From Lewinellaceae bacterium (lineage in GTDB: Bacteria > Bacteroidota > Bacteroidia > Chitinophagales > Saprospiraceae): a DNA stretch of 64,000 bases. Positions 61,101 through 64,000 of this stretch are shown one piece after another. Both the position numbers and the translations under genes were made by a program. Within the stretch, counting starts at the first letter, position 1, and each line of letters begins with the position of its first letter. Below the pieces are notes generated by a model. That model did not search any database, was not told the origin of the DNA, and saw only the letters and a program-made list of their open reading frames with translations. Location of the stretch: contig CAVWSC010000024.1 of assembly GCA_963757435.1 (NCBI GenBank), forward strand, positions 22,238 through 86,237, written 5' to 3'.

Positions 61101-62269
61101 ATCGGGCCGGGACCGAAACCGTTCGGGGCCTGGTTGTCGAACACGTTGATCTGCTGGATCTGTACGCTGGTGTTATCGCACAAATCCCGCACGGACCAGG
61201 TGCGGCGGATCATGTAACTCTGCGCGCAGTCGGAGTTGCCCACAATCTGATCGGTGTAGGTCACGCTCAGGTCTTCTACCGCCGTACAGTTATCCATCAG
61301 GTTCATCGGCTCCAGGGTGATCGCCAGGTTTTGGGGGTCCTGCGTACAGTCGATCATCCGGAAGGGCGGCACCGAAAAGGTCGGGGCCTGATTATCCTCG
61401 ATGCTGATCGTCTGCACATGCGTGCTGGATAGGTTGCAGCTATCGGTATAGGTCCAGGTGCGCGTGATTTGGTACTCGATAGAGGCGCAGCCCGTGGCGT
61501 TCGCCGGCTGGTTGCTCGTTTCGGTAAACATCCGGGTCAACTGTTGGGTACAGTCCAGTACCTGTGGGTCCACGGCTGCGGGAATGGGCGCGTCACAGGC
61601 GATCACCATATTTTGCGGCGGATTTATGAACGCCGGTGCCGCATCGTCGAATACGGCATAGGTGACCATTCGCTGGGTCACGAAACCGCAATCGTCCGTT
61701 GCCGTAAAAGTGATCGTCACGGCATCATTACAGTCAAAACCGTTGATGTTGGCCGGGGCGTTGTCCGTCAGCGAAACGATGGCCGCGCAGCCGGGTGCCG
61801 TAGTCTGAGCTACCGACAAACGGCGGGCCTGCAACCACGTCTGGTAGTAATTGGGGTTGTTGGGTTGTGCGGTAGCGACCCGGCAATCGACGGTAATATT
61901 ATTCAGGGACGCACCGATCACCGGACCCTCGGTGGCGGCCTGTACGGTAATTTCCTGCACCGCACGCAGGGTCTGCCCGTCGCCCATCGCCGTCCAAATC
62001 CGGAAAACGGTACCCCCCTCGCAGGTAATATCGCTCATCGGCACGATCGAATCCACGGGCACGACGATACTGGTATCATTGGCCATATTCACCGAACGCA
62101 GGTTGACCGGCGGCGGTAGGTCCTCGAAGCAGTCGATGGTCACGTCACCCGGCACGGGGTCGATGAACATCGGGGCCGGTGCTCCATTGGCGGCGGAAAG
62201 CAAGAAGGGGAGGAGGGCGAGTAAGAGCACCGCGAGAGCGCTCCAGTGACGACGGTAGAAGTGATTCAT
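55163..62269 (-). CDS. giant cell-surface adhesin (2368 aa) with T9SS type-B (gliding-motility-associated, CHU_C) C-terminal domain; SprB-like
   Basis: Signal peptide; many Ig-like/HYR-like Cys-containing repeats; C-terminal …FTPNNDGLNDAFVV…GTYFYVV… type-B CTD. Confidence 0.8.
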   Translation of the reverse strand: MNHFYRRHWSALAVLLLALLPFLLSAANGAPAPMFIDPVPGDVTIDCFEDLPPPVNLRSVNMANDTSIVVPVDSIVPMSDITCEGGTVFRIWTAMGDGQTLRAVQEITVQAATEGPVIGASLNNITVDCRVATAQPNNPNYYQTWLQARRLSVAQTTAPGCAAIVSLTDNAPANINGFDCNDAVTITFTATDDCGFVTQRMVTYAVFDDAAPAFINPPQNMVIACDAPIPAAVDPQVLDCTQQLTRMFTETSNQPANATGCASIEYQITRTWTYTDSCNLSSTHVQTISIEDNQAPTFSVPPFRMIDCTQDPQNLAITLEPMNLMDNCTAVEDLSVTYTDQIVGNSDCAQSYMIRRTWSVRDLCDNTSVQIQQINVFDNQAPNGFGPGPITVECQDADEPSITGTPTDLSDNCDPTVGMDFTDVIQPGSCANNYVIQRTWRIFDDCNNSRTFPQTITVIDTTAPVFTTPPSNLILTCENELDQFVAYNNWITSLGGGVATDNCSPGNAIVYNVYVSGTTTEPTFPDLICTLNGYVRALDVDVVAEDECGNQKLTTMIYRQGDPNAPDLFDCPANRTVGTDEGTCEFNAALPPPRIRDRCVTGLTLLHVTRDTLPITSQAAPGEEGSTPVDEILFNFPINVELPAIAFNITRLTIRLDNVDAEGPDEFFRIFGEDGALLGTTAPADTQCGTSITVIDSALTRLQFDQYAVDGMIKIRLVPNIPAGQSGAFAINDLCAGSSTAIGELRTPIRRSSPIFYDIGIDNRPRVAVSPIDTFRTTLEQGFHLITYYATDCNGNVDSCSHTITVEDREPPQVVCPPNVSVVTTADSCSARIRVPLPVAATDNCGLAMETSVTLPADTAGALLTFALDPNLNRYQAQNKDIVFTGLPANAFGTVTIQANFRGDFATNQATFDLLLNGGNALSASSVGDATCTAPGTYVRTIPAATFNALALTNNFTVTFRPRAITVPPGTPGDGINPCTPVTTNGGNDGSSYVFITITYNTLQPSYFASGVTTVPLTTPGTNAGQPDLEFAVGITDFSYTLSDLAGNADTCNLTVEVRDTTLPTVLVQPTTVFIDPSGLLSQTVDPSVIDAGSSDNCTIDTLLLAPSTFDCSQFNTTQAVTLTVRDVNGNENTGSTFVSVQPLQPQPTANSGLCGGDTLFLFTNPPTPTVPGQVVYTFRWFGPNGNLISTVENPVIPGISEANEGAYRVEILGLTGCMAENTVNVTIQDLPISPQLSAPMAVCTGTPIPLTSTSNFAGTVVYQWYEGVAPTGTLLAETAQAEYMVPPPHGNTGRRFYLRVLVNGCESTASQGVTVTTTTQPIAATVANTLSGCEGTNLVLAAQTVPGSNIAYQWTGPNNYTSNNQFAELGPLQNFSSGFYYLRVVSGGGCFSAPDSVLVNVLPAPAQPQLSNDGPVCLGSPLTLTSAATGGSSYTFISPAGEETVRMVPNLTVPAATAASAGSWRLFVTVNGCVSPTSMPTQVVVNQLPTADAVSAPNPICEGNDLILQGSSNTAGSQYFWSGPNGFTSNQVSPIIPNVTAAAGGNYTLQVTSPSGCTTSRTLAVNVRPGLRVLGINSNAPSCLNGGETVALTATVFPLDSMDTYTYQWTGPSGMSSQDSFMIPNATQASIGNYTVVATNPEGCTSPPRTFTLNLNFAPARPNMPATLSGATNFCNSDSFTLTTNDYGAGVTYFWELPGGSVINTTEPMITLTGTAPGGSGNYRVRVVRQGCSSPFSLPRNLTINAFPVIIAGSNTPICAGGVIQLQATNLPGATYVWQGPNGFSSSLPNPTINTADAALHNGIYRVVARNNGCPSDTMLVEVIVNPRPTAPVANIAGPICLDQPGAIINLSVATNSATAGAAYQWFAADGVTPVSPPTPSLEFGLTDFTLFGQSGNYNFFVRADLDGCTSPLSGGASVRLDRIPADVANVSPDTTVCAGVFVLVAQQPSVATGRWTQVGGDSTAFITAPQSSTTAITGMTIAGSPYSFRWSLSNGSCQNYSTDDITISVTAAEAAQAGENILVCANTSVQLNATAPANSGSTGQWTQPLAQEILGVVIANPNDPQTAITGLQPDNVYSFNWIVTSLCGISTDVVLVNISDPDPDAGPDVIACDFGATATVTAAAPSIGSIGRWSSPDAGIVIANPANRSTLVSNLAVGENLLVWTVDQGLCGAGARDTTVILYKEPPLAVADAVMVPFGVTTPFDPTINDDVPPGSTVNFPTVPSQGRVESDGQGGFQFVPPANFVGTITVFYELQSTGCTTVNALIDFQVGQSARCTPPNIFTPNNDGLNDAFVVPCLLDEGRFPQSQVRIFNQWGDEVYVSGIPYDNDWRGTYDGEDLPVGTYFYVVDPGDGTVPLEGYVMIQR

Positions 62270-62571
62270 TTACCGTAAAGTTTTTTGGGACTGTAAATAG
62301 GAAGGCAGGAGAAATCGGTCGCTCGGCACCCCGCGGAGTGGGCGACGGCACAAAAACGGCGGCGGTTTATTCGAAGGTAATCGTTGGTTCGGGCCGGGGA
62401 CCTAAGCGTCGCGGGCGGCCGAAAAATGCGCGGTACGCGCAAGTAAAGGACGGCCGGCGGCCGTCAGTTGGAATGCGTTTCATGGGATCGGATTGTTCTG
62501 GGATACTAGCAATCAGCCAACCGTGGGCAGCCAATTCGTCTGCAAGGTACTAATTCGCACGAAAAAAAGCG

Positions 62572-62606
62572 GACATCCCGGGGGAATGTCCGCTTTTAAA
62601 CGTGTT
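62572..62606 (-). terminator. rho-independent terminator downstream of rpmH
   Basis: GCGGACAT…ATGTCCGC stem followed by TTTTTTT on minus strand (also T-run on plus). Confidence 0.65.
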
Positions 62607-62630
62607 CTATTAGCCCGTTACGGGCACTGC

Positions 62631-62786
62631 TTACTTCTTGTAAACCTGGTCGGATACCGTCAGCTTTTGACGGCCCTTGGCGCGGCGGCGTGCCAGTACC
62701 TTACGACCGGACTTTGAACTCATCCGCTCCCGGAATCCGTGCTTGTTCGCGCGCTTGCGCTTCGAGGGTTGGAACGTTCTTTTCAT
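62631..62786 (-). CDS. rpmH: 50S ribosomal protein L34
   Basis: [51 protein letters not shown]; below the 60-aa ORF-track cutoff. Confidence 0.85.
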   Translation of the reverse strand: MKRTFQPSKRKRANKHGFRERMSSKSGRKVLARRRAKGRQKLTVSDQVYKK

Positions 62787-62956
62787 CGCTATACTATTTT
62801 TCGACCCACCAAAGGATCGTTACCGTGTTTCTTAAAGGACCGCAAAGATAAAACGCCGCTCCGACCTATCCAAACCATCCCTCACTTTCTTTCGCCGTCA
62901 CTTCTTTTTAACCCCCCATGCTAGCATGATATATAAGGTATCTTTTTCTTACCTTA

Positions 62957-63070
62957 TTCGGGCGTGCCCGCCGGCCTAAGGCCCGCCGGTCGGTCCCTTC
63001 CAGGCTTCGCTGATCGCTCGGTGCTGCGCACCCCGGCCTCAACCGGCCGGTCCTTCCAGGCACCTCACGC
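62957..63070 (+). repeat. REP-like element family A, copy 11
   Basis: TTCGGGCGTGCCC…GGTCGGTCCCTTCCAGGCTTCGCT…CCTTCCAGGCACCTCACGC. Confidence 0.7.
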
Positions 63071-63235
63071 GGGGTACAATGACTGAACGATTAAGGGAAT
63101 ATTTACCCACCGGATGTCGACGTCCTCATCCGCCATATAGGGTAGGGCGTTGACTTTGTTAGGTCTTTGAGGCAATGATTTCGTAGCAAGTCAACCCGGC
63201 TCTGAGGGTGAATCCCAGGCGGCTTTGCCGCCGAA

Positions 63236-63430
63236 GCCCTGAAAGGGCGAGATAGATTAACCCAGGGTGAAACCCTGGGACGGGAGGCTGCCCTAAACCC
63301 CCGCCGCGCCCCCCCGGCAGCGTTGCGAAGCAACGCTGCCGGGGGGGCGCGGCGGTTTGCGTGGGGTGCGCGTTAAGCCCAGGGTTCTACCCTGGGCTGA
63401 TCTATGCCGCCCTTTCAGGGCTAAAAACTC
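63236..63430. repeat. ~195-bp imperfect palindrome with perfect 26-bp central stem
   Basis: CCGCCGCGCCCCCCCGGCAGCGTTGC-GAA-GCAACGCTGCCGGGGGGGCGCGGCGG; flanked by CCCAGGGT(GAAA/TCTA)ACCCTGGG mini-hairpins and GCCCTGAAAGGGC/GCCCTTTCAGGGC arms. Confidence 0.6.
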
Positions 63431-63635
63431 GGGTGGGTTCCGGTAGGGCAAACGATTCTAGGTAACGTAAATTCAACTTGTAAAAAAGAGGCTTAGTGGG
63501 GGCTAAAAACCGTCCTCGAAAATCTAAATAGAATCAACGCCCTGCCATATAGGGATCTCGACCGCTCACAACTGCCCACGGAACATCCACGCCACATAAG
63601 CCGTATACGTGTAGGCTTATCCAAAAATACTAAAT

Positions 63636-63705
63636 TCCGAGGAGCTTGCGACGATCACCGCAGGTAATCACCAGCGGCAAAGCCGCCTACCAAAATACGG
63701 GCGAA
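63636..63705 (+). repeat. interspersed element family B, copy 3
   Basis: CCGAGGAGCTTGCGACGATCACCGCAGGTAATCACCAGCGGCAAAGCCGCCTACCAAAATACGGGCGAAGCCCC. Confidence 0.5.
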
Positions 63706-63715
63706 GCCCCTTTAC

Positions 63716-64000
63716 ATGATCCACTTCAACAATGCCGGGGCCTCCCTTCCACCCCCACCCGTCACCGCCGCCATTACTGGTTACCTGGAAATCGAAGCCC
63801 ACGCCGGTGGCTACGAAACCGCCGCTCGCTTCAAGAAACAGGCGGATGACTTTTATACTCAGGTCGGCCGGTTACTGAGTGCGAAGCCCGAAAATATCGC
63901 CTTTGTTACCAACGCCACCGAAGGCTACACCCGCGCCCTCACCAGTATTCCCTGGCGGGCGGGCGATCTGGTGCTCTGTACCCGCTACGATTACGTTAGT
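63716..64000 (+). CDS. class V aminotransferase-fold PLP enzyme (cysteine desulfurase-like), N-terminal fragment
   Basis: MIHFNNAGASLPP…FVTNATEGYT… matches N-termini of aminotransferase class V proteins; runs off window end. Confidence 0.55.
   Translation, partial: MIHFNNAGASLPPPPVTAAITGYLEIEAHAGGYETAARFKKQADDFYTQVGRLLSAKPENIAFVTNATEGYTRALTSIPWRAGDLVLCTRYDYVS

Noticed and set aside
63132-63557. RNase P RNA / other known structured RNA (P1-like outer pairing, GGCTTAG near 3' side)
   Set aside because: The universally conserved GGAAAGUCCGG (P4) motif is absent on both strands. There are no tmRNA or SRP signatures either.

Overview
The window is high-GC (~60%) chromosomal DNA from a Bacteroidota-type organism. 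Two kinds of type IX secretion (T9SS) C-terminal sorting domains are present, together with a PorP/SprF-like gene and a 2368-aa SprB-like adhesin. Housekeeping and metabolic genes make up most of the window: mnmG, mnmE, rlmB, rpmH, gabD, pepA, pepF, tesB, pnuC, a fused 2-oxoacid dehydrogenase E1 and a MoxR ATPase cluster. Several low-GC islands interrupt this backbone. One holds a complete IS5-family insertion sequence with TAA target duplications, plus two MITE derivatives and TIR remnants; one MITE splits a small membrane-protein gene. Next to it lies a degraded IS4-family element. Two inverted cassettes of paralogous 4-TM proteins ending in an ILDQ motif flank a DUF2141-like + GT2 gene pair. 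A frameshifted AAA_21-type ATPase and a VapBC-like toxin-antitoxin pair sit in further low-GC islands. The non-coding sequence is unusually repeat-rich. There are 11 copies of a ~100-130 bp REP-like intergenic element, a 4x ~60-bp palindromic tandem array, a 4x ~103-bp tandem array, a second interspersed element family, and a ~200-bp imperfect palindrome. There are no rRNA or tRNA genes and no CRISPR array. The most novel candidates are the ILDQ-tail membrane-protein family, the IS/MITE system, and the extensive repeat families.
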